64,000 nucleotides of DNA, taken from Calditrichia bacterium. GTDB lineage: Bacteria > Calditrichota > Calditrichia > JAJRVZ01. Location of the stretch: contig CAWCNS010000008.1 of NCBI GenBank assembly GCA_963796965.1, positions 192,001 through 256,000 on the forward strand, given 5' to 3'. The notes under the pieces are model-generated. The model saw nothing but the letters and a program-made list of their open reading frames with translations, had not been told where the DNA came from and did no database searches. Both the position numbers and the translations under genes were made by a program. Positions 23,816 through 36,022 of this stretch are shown piece after piece; the stretch's first letter is position 1; each line of letters starts with the position of its first letter.

Positions 23816-25404
23816 ATGACATATATCGTACTTGCCAGAAAATGGCGTCCTCAAAAATTTGAAGATATTATTGGCCAGGATCATGTCTCACAGACATTGG
23901 CCAATGCCATCGAAGGTGGACGGATTGCACATTCCTATATTTTTGCCGGACCCCGTGGAGTTGGCAAAACAACCGCGGCAAGAATTTTTGCCAAAGCCCT
24001 CAATTGCGAAAAGGGCCCTGCCCGGCAACCCTGTAATACCTGTGCTAATTGTTTATCCATCACGAAGGGGAATTCTCTTGACGTACTCGAGATCGATGGT
24101 GCATCTAACAGAGGTATTGATGAAATCCGTAATTTGCGAGAGAATATTCGTTTTACACCGAGTGAGGGTAAATACCGTATCTATATTATTGATGAAGTTC
24201 ATATGCTCACGAAAGAGGCCTTTAATGCTTTATTAAAGACATTGGAAGAGCCGCCTGAACATGCCATTTTTGTTTTTGCCACCACTGAGATTCACCGCGT
24301 TCCGGCAACAATCCTTTCCAGGTGCCAGCGCTTTGATTTTAAACGAATTCTCACGAAAACCATAATCGAACATCTGGGAAAGATTTGTGCATCGGAGAAA
24401 GTAGAGATTTCCCATGATTCACTCTTACAGATTGCCAAAAAAGCAGATGGTTCAATGCGCGATGCCCAGAGCATTCTGGATCAAATCATTTCATATTCCG
24501 GAGATAAAATCGAATCAGAAGAAGTTATTTCTTCTTTAGGGATCATCAGTGAGGAGATTTATTTTAATTTTACTGAGAACATCCGTGAAGGCAATTTAAA
24601 AGAGATCATAGAACTTTGTCAAAGTATTTATCGTGATGGTTATGATCTTGCTGAATTTTTAGTCGGATTCGAAGAACATCTTAGAAATCTTCTCGTAACA
24701 AGAGCACTTGGGCAGACAGATTTTCTGAATGTATCCGAGGCTTATGCCGGAACCTATCTGCAGGTTAGCAAAAATATGGGAGAAGCGGATCTGCTTAGAT
24801 ATTTACAACAAGTTGGGGAGTTGCAAAACAGTTTAAAATGGACAACCCAACCTCAAATGAAATTTGAGATTGGGCTACTAAAACTGGCAAAAATGCCCTC
24901 GACCTTGAGCATTGAAACATTACTCGAGAAATTGGACCTTCTAAAAAAAAAACTGAATCCATAATACCAGAAGTGGTAGAAGAAGACCTGTCGAATGAGG
25001 AAAAAGAAGTAGAAGAGGAAGAAGCACCTGAACTCACTTTTGAAGGGGCGAAGTTATTTTGGAACCAACTTATAGAGGACTTTAAAGAATCAAAGGTAAA
25101 TCTATCAAATGCATTACAATTAGGCAAACCTGTGGCTTTGAAAGATTCTATTTTATCCCTGGTATTTTCAAAAAAGGATTCGTTCCATATAACCTGGTTC
25201 AGAAAAAATCAGCGAATTATCGAACAACAATTTAATAAGAATTTTAACAGCCCAATTAAATTTTCAATTCAAGAAATCGAGGTAGAACAAGAAGAATCGA
25301 TCCCGGAAGCAAAAGCACCTGATCGGGATACCCTTGGAAAAAGCATAAAAGAGGATCCATTACTAAATAAACTTGTAGATGAACTTGGATTAGAAATCAC
25401 CTGA
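23816..25404 (+). CDS. dnaX: DNA polymerase III gamma/tau; 0-frame stop at 24964 (gamma), -1 frame continues to 25404 (tau)
   Basis: YIVLARKWRPQ, GPRGVGKTT, DEVHML, SRCQRF; A10 run at 24943-24952 links to the open -1 frame ending DPLLNKLVDELGLEIT. Confidence 0.93.
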
Positions 25405-25417
25405 AAGGAGAAATAAC

Positions 25418-25756
25418 TTGAAACCGAATATGGCCCAAATAATGAAACAGGCCCAAAAGATGCAAGAAGAGATGCAAAAAGTACAAGATAGTCTGGAGAA
25501 TATAAAGGTGGAGGCCGCCTCAGGTGGTGGTATGGTAAAAGTGGAAGCCAATTGTAAGTTAAAAATATTGTCGATTACTATCGAGGATGAAGTATATGAA
25601 GATGACAAAGAAATGCTGGAAGATCTTGTAATTGCAGCGATCAATCAAGCTATAAGCAATGCTCAGGAAAAAGCAAATGAAGAGATGCAAAAAATCACAG
25701 GTGGCATGATGGGCGGTATGAATTTACCGGGTGGTTTAAAGTTTCCGGGCATGTAA
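25418..25756 (+). CDS. ybaB: YbaB/EbfC nucleoid-associated protein
   Basis: MKQAQKMQ, SGGGMVKV, EMLEDLVIAAIN; dnaX-ybaB-recR synteny. Confidence 0.95.
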   Translation: MKPNMAQIMKQAQKMQEEMQKVQDSLENIKVEAASGGGMVKVEANCKLKILSITIEDEVYEDDKEMLEDLVIAAINQAISNAQEKANEEMQKITGGMMGGMNLPGGLKFPGM

Positions 25757-25757
25757 T

Positions 25758-26360
25758 ATGTCAGAATATTTTCCTCAAGCCTTAGAAAATCTGATCAATC
25801 ATTTACATCAATTCCCAGGCATCGGTATAAAAACAGCTCAGCGCCTGGCGATTCATATTCTCAAGGCGCCTGAAGATGAAACCCGTGGATTATCATCTGC
25901 TCTTATAAAAGTGCTGGAAGAAATCCGATTTTGTATAAATTGTTTTAATATAACAGAAAGTGATGAATGCAATATCTGCAAAAATCCCCGTAGAGATAAA
26001 TCCACCATTTGTGTCGTCGAAGATATTGTTGATATTTTTGCCATTGAAAAAAGCCATGAATACGGGGGTGTTTATCATGTTCTCGGCGGTGTAATTTCGC
26101 CACTTAGCGGTGTCTCACCTGAAGATTTAAAAATACCTGAATTGATAAAGAGATCAGAAGCGGATGATATTAAGGAGATTCTTCTTGCTTTAAATCCAAG
26201 TACGGAAGGGGAAGCAACAATGATCTATCTATCTAAACTGCTTCACCCAACTGGAAAAAGAATCACGCGAATCGCCAGTGGAATACCTATGGGCGCTCAT
26301 TTAGAATTTGTTGACGATGCAACCATTGGGAGAGCAATTCTGACCCGGCGTGAGATATAG
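25758..26360 (+). CDS. recR: Recombination mediator RecR
   Basis: PGIGIKTAQRLA, C4 zinc finger, YHVLGGVISP, TOPRIM EGEAT. Confidence 0.95.
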   Translation: MSEYFPQALENLINHLHQFPGIGIKTAQRLAIHILKAPEDETRGLSSALIKVLEEIRFCINCFNITESDECNICKNPRRDKSTICVVEDIVDIFAIEKSHEYGGVYHVLGGVISPLSGVSPEDLKIPELIKRSEADDIKEILLALNPSTEGEATMIYLSKLLHPTGKRITRIASGIPMGAHLEFVDDATIGRAILTRREI

Positions 26361-26367
26361 ATCCTTT

Positions 26368-27279
26368 TTAGAGTTTCCATTCCCACCCTTCATAAGCCAA
26401 TTCTGCCCCCTTAAATATGGCCTTTGCACTACTCTCTATAGATTCTAACTTTTCATCGTCATTTGTTGGATCATGATGGAAGAGAAGTAATTTCTTGGCC
26501 TTTGCTTTCAAAGCGGTCTCACAAGCCATCTCATAATTACTATGGCCATATCCCTGAAACTGTAGATATTGCTCTAAAGTATATTGAGAATCATGCAATA
26601 AGACATCACAGCCTTCTGCAAATTTGATCAAACGTTGATCACTCCCGGCATATTGCTCAACATCGGTGGCGAAAACAAGGGAATGTCCGTCAAATTCAAG
26701 ACGGTAGTTAAAACTACCATCTTTTGGGTGAAAATAATATTTCATGTTTTTGACTACCAACTCAGCCAGATCAGTTGATGTCGTTTCGATTTGTCCGATT
26801 TGTGGTTCCGGATGTCCTTCCAGAAAATAAACAACCATATTTTCATCAATATTCTCAAAATCTTTAGTAGCACGAAATTCATCCATAGAAACAGGAAAAT
26901 ATTGTGGTTCAACCAATGTGCGTAGTATATCTTCAATATCAACTCCCAAAGTCGCCGGTCCAATAATATGAATATGAACATTGGGAATAAACAGTGGTGC
27001 AAAATAGGGGAAACCTATAAGATGATCAATATGTGTATGGGTAAAAAACAAGGTAATATGAAAGGGCTTTCTTGATTCCTTTTTATGATTCACTATTTCG
27101 GGAACTAAATCCCGGCCCAATTGAATAATTCCTGAGCCTGCATCAAAAATTACGACATGCTCACGTGTACGGGCAAACAAACAGGTTGTGTGCCCACCAT
27201 ACTTAGTACCATTTGTCGGTGCAATGGGATAACTCCCACGAACACCATATAATTTAGTCATAAACCGATGATCTTCCAT
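26368..27279 (-). CDS. MBL-fold metallo-hydrolase
   Basis: GVRGSYP, DAGSG, THTHIDH, HDSQY, GHS, LFHHDP. Confidence 0.88.
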   Translation of the reverse strand: MEDHRFMTKLYGVRGSYPIAPTNGTKYGGHTTCLFARTREHVVIFDAGSGIIQLGRDLVPEIVNHKKESRKPFHITLFFTHTHIDHLIGFPYFAPLFIPNVHIHIIGPATLGVDIEDILRTLVEPQYFPVSMDEFRATKDFENIDENMVVYFLEGHPEPQIGQIETTSTDLAELVVKNMKYYFHPKDGSFNYRLEFDGHSLVFATDVEQYAGSDQRLIKFAEGCDVLLHDSQYTLEQYLQFQGYGHSNYEMACETALKAKAKKLLLFHHDPTNDDEKLESIESSAKAIFKGAELAYEGWEWKL

Positions 27280-27503
27280 ATGCCTAATCTCCAGTATATT
27301 TAATACCGATCTATATCGTCGGAAAGATATCTCTAAATGTTAAGAATTTTAAGTATAAATAAAGTGATAATATCCGGGTACTATATCTCCGGGTAGGATG
27401 ATTAGGATAATAGTAGCCACATAAACAATTATTAATCAATACCCTACAGATTATTTAATAACAATTGGTCTTATGCAGTTCCATACATTCTAACCACATA
27501 TAA

Positions 27504-28073
27504 TTATGATTCTGATTCGATCTTTTTTATTTTATCGCGCAGATTTGCTGCACGTTCATATTCTTCGTTCTCAACCGCTTTTTTGAGATCGATCTTAAGT
27601 TGTTCCAATTTATCAGTAACTGATTCAAAGGTGTACGTTTTATTATCCTTCTCCTCTATTTCCATTTCACCCTCTTTGTCTGTATCATAAGACCCCAGAC
27701 TCATGACCTCCTCATCAACAAATATGGGTATTGTCGTTCGGACAGCCATGGCAATTGCATCACTGGGCCTGGCATCTACATCCCAATATTTCAATTTCCG
27801 TTTGAGACGAATTACTGCAAAATAGGTATTATTTTTAAGTTCTGTTATTAATACACTATCGATTTTAACACCACAAGAATCCAAAATACTAAGAGTAAGA
27901 TCATGGGTAATAGGACGAGGGGGCTTAATATTCTCTAGCCCCAGAGCAATAGATTGTGCTTCATATTCCCCAATCACGATCGGCAGGGTACGTTCACCAT
28001 TCTTTTCTTTCAGAATGATACCACTGGCCTGGGATTGTGTTAAAAAGATACCGTTTACATTTACTTCAATCAT
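27504..28073 (-). CDS. Bifunctional nuclease (DUF151) with UVR domain
   Basis: LPIVIG..EAQSI, PRPITHDL, DARPSDAIA; C-terminal AVENEEYERAA.LRD. Confidence 0.9.
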   Translation of the reverse strand: MIEVNVNGIFLTQSQASGIILKEKNGERTLPIVIGEYEAQSIALGLENIKPPRPITHDLTLSILDSCGVKIDSVLITELKNNTYFAVIRLKRKLKYWDVDARPSDAIAMAVRTTIPIFVDEEVMSLGSYDTDKEGEMEIEEKDNKTYTFESVTDKLEQLKIDLKKAVENEEYERAANLRDKIKKIESES

Positions 28074-28095
28074 CCGGCCTCTTGCTTTTTATAAA

Positions 28096-28320
28096 TTAAT
28101 CAATAGCCACTACGGAAGTCACCTCAGGAACCTGAGTTTTCAAGATTCTCTCAATTCCCTGTTGAAGTGTAATTGTTGACATGGGACAATCACCACAATT
28201 ACCAGTCAACTTGACAATTACTTTGCCTTCATCATTCACTTCGACAAGTTCCACATCTCCGCCATCTGCCTGTAATCCTGGGCGAACACTATCCAAAGCC
28301 CTTAATATACGATCTCTCAT
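28096..28320 (-). CDS. NifU/NfuA C-terminal domain protein
   Basis: VRPGLQADGGDVEL, G.CGDCP.S..TL..GIE. Confidence 0.9.
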   Translation of the reverse strand: MRDRILRALDSVRPGLQADGGDVELVEVNDEGKVIVKLTGNCGDCPMSTITLQQGIERILKTQVPEVTSVVAID

Positions 28321-28602
28321 TTTTTTTCCTGTTCTAAACCTATATCTCTTCCTGAAAAATTATAAAAATAAACAACAAAGTCAATGGCTTTTTGGAATTT
28401 GTCTGAATTCCACTCGGTAATCTGTTTCATATACGTAACACTTAGTCTCTATATTTATTCTCGACCCCTATTTAAACAACATAAATTGAATTATGTTCGA
28501 CAATAATTTGAGTGATGTCTATAATTTACTAAATCCTAATTGAACTGTTTATTGATTTCGTTTAAATTGCTTTGATATGATAATAATATAAAGGAGTAAT
28601 AC

Positions 28603-29964
28603 GTGGTAAATCCATACATTTTTAGGGAATATGATATCAGGGGTGTTGTTGGCAAAGACTTGACGGATGAAGCCATTGCTCTTCTTGCCCGGGGATATGG
28701 CACATTTTTTAGAAAAGCAAATGTAAAGAGCATCTCAATTGGTGGTGATGTTCGTCTCTCTACTAATCACATACGCAATATTTTGATTGAAGAAATTACC
28801 AATTGTGGCATTCATGTAATGGATATAGGTGAATGCCCAACACCCGTACAATATTTCAGTATGTTTCACCTTCCTGTTGATGCAGGAATTATGATAACTG
28901 GCAGTCATAATCCGCCCAACTATAATGGTTTTAAACTTACCCTAAATAAGGCGCCGGTTTTTGGGCAGGATATACAGAGTATCCGAAAAATTATTGAATC
29001 AGAGAATTTTAGCAATGGACAGAGCTATTCAGAACAAATATCAGTTACTGAGGATTATATCAACCATATTGCCGGAAATATAACCATAACAAAACCTCTG
29101 AACATTATTCTTGATTCAGGAAATGGCGCAGCCGGTTCCGTTGCCGGCCCCCTCTTTAAAGCCTTGGGACAAGATGCCCGGGATATTTTTCCTGATCCAG
29201 ACGGTAATTTTCCAAATCATCATCCAGACCCGACGGTAGTTGAAAATATACAGGATCTGATCCATACCGTAAAGACAGAGAAGGCTGATTTTGGCGTAGG
29301 TTATGATGGTGACGGTGATCGTATTGGTGTGGTTGATGAGAATGGAGAAATTATCTGGGGAGATCGGTTGCTCATTATATTCAGCCGGGATATCCTTCAG
29401 CACATGCCCGGTAGTCCTATAATATTTGAAGTTAAATGCTCCCAAGCCTTGCCAGAGATGATTGAAAGATTTGGCGGTCAACCAATCATGTGGAAAACAG
29501 GCCATTCTCTGTTAAAGAAAAAAATGAAGGAAATTAATTCACCATTGGCAGGTGAAATGAGTGGGCATCTGTTTTTTGCCGATCGCTATTTTGGTTATGA
29601 TGACGCTATTTATGCATCCGCCCGCCTGGCCGAACTGTTATCGCGCACTGACCAAAAACTATCGGAATTATTATCTGACGTTCCCCAATATTACACAACA
29701 CCAGAACTACGGGCTGAAACAGAAACAGATGAAATAAAATTCACAATTGCTGCCAAGGCAAAGGAATATTTTAGCGCGCATTACAAGGTTATCGATGTTG
29801 ACGGCGTACGTATTTTATTTGATGATGGCTGGGGTCTTGTGCGGGCTTCCAACACCCAACCGGTCATTGTGTTACGTTTTGAGGCAAAAACACCTGAACA
29901 CTTAGAAGAAATCAAGAAACTGGTTATTGATAAGCTGAGAGAATTTGGAGAGATTAATATTTAG
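28603..29964 (+). CDS. Phosphomannomutase/phosphoglucomutase
   Basis: IFREYDIRG, TGSHNP, DGDGDR, GEMSGH, RASNTQP. Confidence 0.95.
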   Translation: MVNPYIFREYDIRGVVGKDLTDEAIALLARGYGTFFRKANVKSISIGGDVRLSTNHIRNILIEEITNCGIHVMDIGECPTPVQYFSMFHLPVDAGIMITGSHNPPNYNGFKLTLNKAPVFGQDIQSIRKIIESENFSNGQSYSEQISVTEDYINHIAGNITITKPLNIILDSGNGAAGSVAGPLFKALGQDARDIFPDPDGNFPNHHPDPTVVENIQDLIHTVKTEKADFGVGYDGDGDRIGVVDENGEIIWGDRLLIIFSRDILQHMPGSPIIFEVKCSQALPEMIERFGGQPIMWKTGHSLLKKKMKEINSPLAGEMSGHLFFADRYFGYDDAIYASARLAELLSRTDQKLSELLSDVPQYYTTPELRAETETDEIKFTIAAKAKEYFSAHYKVIDVDGVRILFDDGWGLVRASNTQPVIVLRFEAKTPEHLEEIKKLVIDKLREFGEINI

Positions 29965-30151
29965 GTAGTTTTGTTCACGCAGCGACGCAACGCCCCAGTG
30001 TTCTTGTCCACGAATTACACTAATTTTCACTAATTAAAACAATATTTTAATTCTTTTTTAATAATTCGTGTTAATTAGTGTAATTCGTGGACAAAAAGAC
30101 AACGTTGTTGCGAAAAACATTAGAAATGATATAATAAAGAAAAAAAACAAT

Positions 30152-30940
30152 ATGCTCGACCTGGCTATAAAAGCTGCTAAGGCAGCTTCTGAAATACTTA
30201 TGACAAACTTTGGTAAAATTGAGACCAAAGATATTGTTGAAAAAAGCAAAAATGATTTTCTTACGTATGTCGATGAATCATCAGAGAAAAAAATTATTGA
30301 AATGATACATGAGGTCCATCCTTCTCATGCAATCCTCGCTGAAGAGAGTGGATTTAACGAACAAAAATGTGATTATGAATGGATTATTGATCCCCTGGAT
30401 GGTACAAAGAATTATATTTCCGGGATCCCCATTTTTGCTATCTCCATTGCACTCAGGATAAAAAAAACAATAGAAATTGGCGTCGTTCTGGATCCGGTAA
30501 AGAATGATATCTTTTATGCCCAACGTGGTAAAGGTGCTTTCTTAAACGATGAGCCTATTCGGGTAAGTAAAAGGTCTGAATTATCTGCATGCCTTTTTGC
30601 AACGGGTTTTCCCTTTAAGAAGAAACAAATCTTATCAGAATATTTGGCCTGTTTTAAAGATATATTTCAACAAACAAGCGGTGCCCGTCGGATGGGAGCT
30701 GCAGCGATCGATTTAGCCTATATAGCCTCCGGAAAATTTGATGCTTTCTGGGAGATTGGACTAAGCCCATGGGATATGGCAGCCGGTGCCCTTTTGATCG
30801 AAGAAGGAGGAGGAGAAATATCTGATTTTTGGGGAAATAATCAGTATCTTCAAAATGGTCATATTGTTGCCAGTAATGGCTTGATTCAGGATGATTTGCA
30901 GAAAATAATTCAGAAGCATTTTCCGGAAAAGATTAAATAA
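30152..30940 (+). CDS. suhB: Inositol monophosphatase
   Basis: WIIDPLDGT.NY, GAAAIDL, WDMAAG; start revised to ATG at 30152. Confidence 0.9.
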   Translation: MLDLAIKAAKAASEILMTNFGKIETKDIVEKSKNDFLTYVDESSEKKIIEMIHEVHPSHAILAEESGFNEQKCDYEWIIDPLDGTKNYISGIPIFAISIALRIKKTIEIGVVLDPVKNDIFYAQRGKGAFLNDEPIRVSKRSELSACLFATGFPFKKKQILSEYLACFKDIFQQTSGARRMGAAAIDLAYIASGKFDAFWEIGLSPWDMAAGALLIEEGGGEISDFWGNNQYLQNGHIVASNGLIQDDLQKIIQKHFPEKIK

Positions 30941-31091
30941 CGAAATATAAAACATATATAAAAAATGTTATCAACGAATTTCACTAATTAATCCGAATTT
31001 TTTATAAAATATTTTTTTACAGTTATTGATTTTTAAATTAGTGGAAATCCGTGTAATTCGTGGACTAATTTTCTTTGTCGAGGAAGTTAAA

Positions 31092-32140
31092 ATGAAATCT
31101 GTACGCTATATTGCCGGTGGACAAAACCGGGGAGAGTTGGCTCTCATGTCCTGTGCCTCAGGACGGCCATTTGCACGACGCATTATCAAACATTTAAACA
31201 AGGTAATTAAAAACAATAACCCAAAAGCAACGGGTATGTCATTAGTTAAGAGTGAAGAAATTACCTTTGCAAATGGGGAAATCAAAACTGTCATAAGTGA
31301 TAATATTCGCGGTGCAGATCTTTATATTGTACAATGTGTAGACGATCCCCAATCGGATAAGAGCATTAATGATAACCTACTGGCTCTTTTAACTGCCATT
31401 AATGCCGCCTATCAATCTGATGCTGATTCAATAACAGTCATTCTCCCTCAATTCCCCTATTCACGCCAGGAACGTAAGAAGGCACGTGAGGGTATCACAG
31501 CGAAACAGGTTGCTGCTTTTCTGGAGACTTCCGGAGCAAAAAGAGTCATCACGTTAGATATTCATGCTGAGGCGATCCAGGGATTCTTTTTCCGATCAAA
31601 ACTGGAGGACCTGCATGCATCTAATACACTCATCAACTATTTTAAAAAAATTTTCCTTTTAAGAATTTGGTCGTTGCTGCCGCTGATGTGGGGGGTGCAG
31701 AAAAAGCTCGTTTTTATTCCACTAAATTACAAACAGATATGGCGATTGTTGATAAAGCCAGGGATTACTCAAAATCCAGTGTCGTGGAGAGTATGCGTTT
31801 GGTAGGAAACGTATCCGGTAAGGATGTACTTATTCCGGACGATATGATCAGTACCGGTGGAACGATGGTAAATGCAGCAAGACTGCTCAAATTACACAAT
31901 GCAAAAAATATCTTCATCGCTTGCAGCCTGCCCTTTTTTAATCACCCGGCTATAGATATAATTAATGAAGCTTATGAAAACGGTGACATCAAGGCTATTC
32001 TGGGAACTGATGCAGTTTTTTGGGGCGACAAATTTGTAAAAAGTACAATATGGTATCATGAGGTCTCCATTGCCCCCCTTTTCGCCAATGTTATCTACAA
32101 TATCAATACCAAACAATCTGTGTCTGAACTTCTTCGGTAA
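31092..32140 (+). CDS. prs: Ribose-phosphate pyrophosphokinase, frameshifted at a homopolymer near 31644-31660
   Basis: FANGE, PYSRQERK, DIHA.AIQGFF in ORF1; DDMISTGGT in ORF2; one extra A in the A7 run restores FKKNFPFKNLVVAAADVGG. Confidence 0.88.
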
Positions 32141-32149
32141 TAATAAAAA

Positions 32150-32184
32150 AAGGGGATAATATTTTTACAAAAGATTATCCCCTT
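32150..32184. terminator. Bidirectional intrinsic terminator between prs and the cytochrome operon
   Basis: aaggggataat...attatcccctt stem flanked by A/T tracts between convergent genes. Confidence 0.65.
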
Positions 32185-32201
32185 TATTCGTATTTCTTTT
32201 A

Positions 32202-33201
32202 TTAATTCAAATTAATCTCACCATTAATATGCAGATCTTTATTAATGATATTATAATTTTCATCGACTACTGTTGAATGACAGGCTGAACAGGCACTTGA
32301 ACTCATATGACCTTTTGGTGGCAGATCATGGCAGGTTCCACAAGCTGCCTCATCTTCTTCAATTGTTGTCCACAACATCATCGGATTATTACCAACCATC
32401 ACTGAATCCGTATAAACAAATTGATTATCACTCTCATCTTTGCGGAAATAAAAAGTTACCATGACAATATACATTTGAGCAATGATAATTATCAAAGTTA
32501 TATATCAGGATTAACTTTCCCCTTCCACGTAGCCGCTGGCGAAAATTCAATATCAACGACACCATTCATATGCGTTGGATCATCAAAATCAGTAACCGGG
32601 GTATGGCAAAGATTACAATCTCTGCATATACGCTGTTGTCCAGGTGGAATCTCTCATATGTGGCTGATGGGCGCCAACTCCCGGGGCAACTGGATATAGA
32701 TTATTATCCAGATCTTTGGGTGGAGCCCAATTTGCCATCTCACGAAACAGGTGCAGCCGCAGTACCATGACAGGTATTACAGGCTTCAGGGCCCTGGGGA
32801 TGACAGGTATAACAGGAGACACCACTTGTACCACCTTTATAATCTGCTCCATGACAGATCTTACACCCATCCAAAGGATAGCCCTTATCTTTTAGATAGG
32901 CAGTGTGAGAGCCGTCATTGCCCGGTGCGGACCAGGTTGGTGGATGCGGATAGTTAGCATGGCAGTCATAGCAGGCAACACCGCTTGTACCCCCGGAATA
33001 ATCCAGACCATGACAGGGTTTGCAGTAATCTGAGCCAATGGCTTGATCCTTTTTCCCATGAAAATTTTCTGCATCACTATTCATCCAACCTTCCGGATGG
33101 GTAACACTTGGTAATGGCTCTGCATCTTCTGTACAAGAAATGACAAACAGTGTTAATAAACCTAGAAGCAATAATAAAGTTACTTTCAATGGATTCCTCA
33201 C
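32202..33201 (-). CDS. CxxxxCH/CxxCH-type multiheme cytochrome c lipoprotein (about 9 hemes), several frameshifts
   Basis: Lipobox VISC; CKPCH, CYDCH, CKICH, CYTCH, CNTCH, CNLCH, CSNVYCH, CGTCH, CSACH across fragments; ends HINGEINLN. Confidence 0.75.
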
Positions 33202-33226
33202 TTAGTTATTGAAAGAATCTGTTTTT

Positions 33227-36009
33227 TTAATTATATCCAAACAGGACTGAATAAATAATCAGCCCAATAAGTGTAATACCGGTAAACAGGGCAGTAAAGC
33301 CAAAAACAGTTATGACCTTTTTTCTTGTTTCTGAAATTTGCCCCTTCACTATTCTTTTTTCTAATTCACCATTAGCCACCAATTCTTCATATTCCCGTGG
33401 ACGGTCTTCTTTGTACTCTTCGAGTGGAACCAGTCCGCTGAAGATGACCCGATCCATGGGAAAAGCCTCAGGACGTAAATGGGTATTAAAAAAGTGTATG
33501 GTAAATATAAAGCCAACCGCCAGTAGCGCCTCATCACTGTGCACAATTGCCGCAACATTGATCATCCATCCGGGTAAGACATAGGTAAAATATTCCGGAT
33601 ACCACTTCATCAGACCGGAGAAACCAATAATGGCAACACCCCAAAATACAGCAAAGTAATCGAATTTTTCCCAATACGTCCAGCGGCCGTAATCCGGCCT
33701 TGGACCTAATCCAAAAAACCATTTCATGGTCGCGCCAAAATCTTTAATATCCTGCCAGTTGAACATCAAAGATCTTTTATCAAAAATAAATTTAATCCAA
33801 CTGACCTTAGCACGACGTTTCTCAGAAATTAGTTGATATAAGATGAAAAGCAAAATATCCAAAAGTTATAACTGCAGCTATTCTATGAATTGATCCAGCA
33901 GCATGTACTCCACCAAAAAGATCAGCAATAAACCGCGCCCAGGGCATGGTGGCGAACTTTATAGCCATACCAGTCAAAGCAAGGAGGATAAAACTTACAA
34001 TCACAAATATATGGGTGACACGTTGAGATGTTGAGAATCTTTTAATATATAGACGATCCTTATCGTCCTCTTCTTTTTCTTCTACCTTTTTGCGTTTCAT
34101 CATTTGGCGAATTGACCGCGGCAACCACAGAAGCGTGTGAAGACCAAAAAATCCAAATACACTTAAAAGTAATATCGTCATGAACCAATAGGTGTAGTAT
34201 AGAATGGGATATTTTACCTTATCATGGTGGGTGGCATGGGTTAAATATCCTGCGAATCTCTCATTGGCATTCGCATGACATTTTTGACAGGTTTCCACAA
34301 CATGATTCGGAGCAACCTTCGACTGGGGATCATTGACCCCCAGAATATCATGAGCGCCATGACAATCAGAGCATTTTGCAGCTTTCATATAGCCTAAGGT
34401 ATAGGCTTTTCCATGCATGGTTTCTGTATAGGTGCTTGATAGATCTTCATGACAGGTTCCACATTGATCCGTCACTTCATGAACAAATTTATCCTGTGCC
34501 GTCGGACTGATTGTATGTGAAGAATGACAATCCGAGCATGTAGGTAGTTTACGTTTACCTTCATCTTCCAGCGAAAAATGAATACTTTTGGTAAAATCTT
34601 TATATATACCTCTGTGACAGGTTGAACAGGTAGCTGGAACATTCTTATGATTAATACTAGAATAGGGATCGCTCGTCGATTGTATTAGATGCGTATTATG
34701 ACAATCCGTACAAATGGCACTCGGCAGTAATCCTTTTTCTGTTAAACCACGACCATGAACACTTGTAGAATAGTCCGCAAAGGCTTCACGGCGATGTGTT
34801 CCTTTTTCTACTGCTTTACCATCTGCTTTATGACAATCACCACATAACTTAGGAATTTCACTCCTGAAAGTTGGGGCATCTTCATCCAGGTGAGACTCAA
34901 CCATATGGTCCCCATGACAATCGACACAGTAGGGTACATTTTTGTCTCCTTTAAGAAAAGCCTTTCCGTGCTCACTTGCATAATACTCTTTAGAGATTTT
35001 AGCATGACAGACTTGAACAATCGATTTTGCCAGCGGTAATACAAGGTCTTTTATGCCCTGGTTTAACATCAGAATGGCATTTAACACAGGGGATATTGCG
35101 ATGCCGGGATTGAGACAAATCATCCCTTTTTACCTGGAGTGAAACAGATTGACCCTCTACTGTTTTATGCACATCCTCTTTTTCATGGCATTTCAGGCAG
35201 GATCGATCAGAGATATTCATTGCCACCGACTCTTTTCTAACCTGATGGGGTAGATGGCAATCGGTACAAACCGGGATGGCACCCGGACGGGCTTCCCATA
35301 GTTCTCCTTTTATGACCTGATCATGCACCTCTTCTATTTTGGTATGACAGATCATACAGGTGGCAACAACATTTTGTCTGGAGACAGAGGATTTCGAAAA
35401 ACTTCTGGGAAGGATCATATGACTGCGATGACAATCGGTACATGAAGCGGTAACGATTAGGCCTTTTTCAAATAAACCGACACCATGTATACTTTGACTA
35501 TAGTTCTCTATAATATTATGCTCAGAAATATCATAGGTATTGGCAACCGGTGCTCCCTCTCTGTGACACCGTCCACAGAGATAAGGAATCTGCATTTTAT
35601 AGGTGGGTGAATTCAGATCAGAGGCAGAGGCAATATCATGGGTACCATGGCAATCTGCACAATCCGGTGCATAGGGTGCCTTCCGTTTCAAAGCCTGGCC
35701 ATGAATGCCGGCATCAAAATTCAATTGTTTATCATCATGACAGTTTCCACAGTAGACTGGTTCCAATTCTTCCGGATGCGGAAAATCTTCAACATCTGCA
35801 TCCTCATGACAGGAGATGCATTCACTCTCCGCATGGACTGATTTAGTGAAGACATCTTCATCAACAAAAACTGATATGGTCCGGCCACCCCGTTCCATCT
35901 CAAGATCTTCATCGGAATGACAATCAAAGCAGGCTTCATTATCTGCCTGGACAATCCTGAGAGAAGCGTTAAAAGTAAGAATAATACATAAATTTCTTAC
36001 AAGTCGCAT
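33227..36009 (-). CDS. Multiheme cytochrome c (about 19 CxxCH) fused to a cytochrome b (FdnI-like) domain, CbcL-like; frameshifts near 35000 and 33830
   Basis: 10 CxxCH in 34999-36099, 8 in 33822-35123, one broken at the junction; QRVTH, HRIAA, YWEKFDYFAVFWG, VHSDEALLA cytochrome b motifs. Confidence 0.8.
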
Positions 36010-36022
36010 AGGGACTCCTTGA

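Noticed and set aside
4150..31063. Periodic intergenic repeats as CRISPR arrays
   Set aside because: Units are 8-10 nt, degenerate and arranged as inverted arms without unique spacers; no cas genes.
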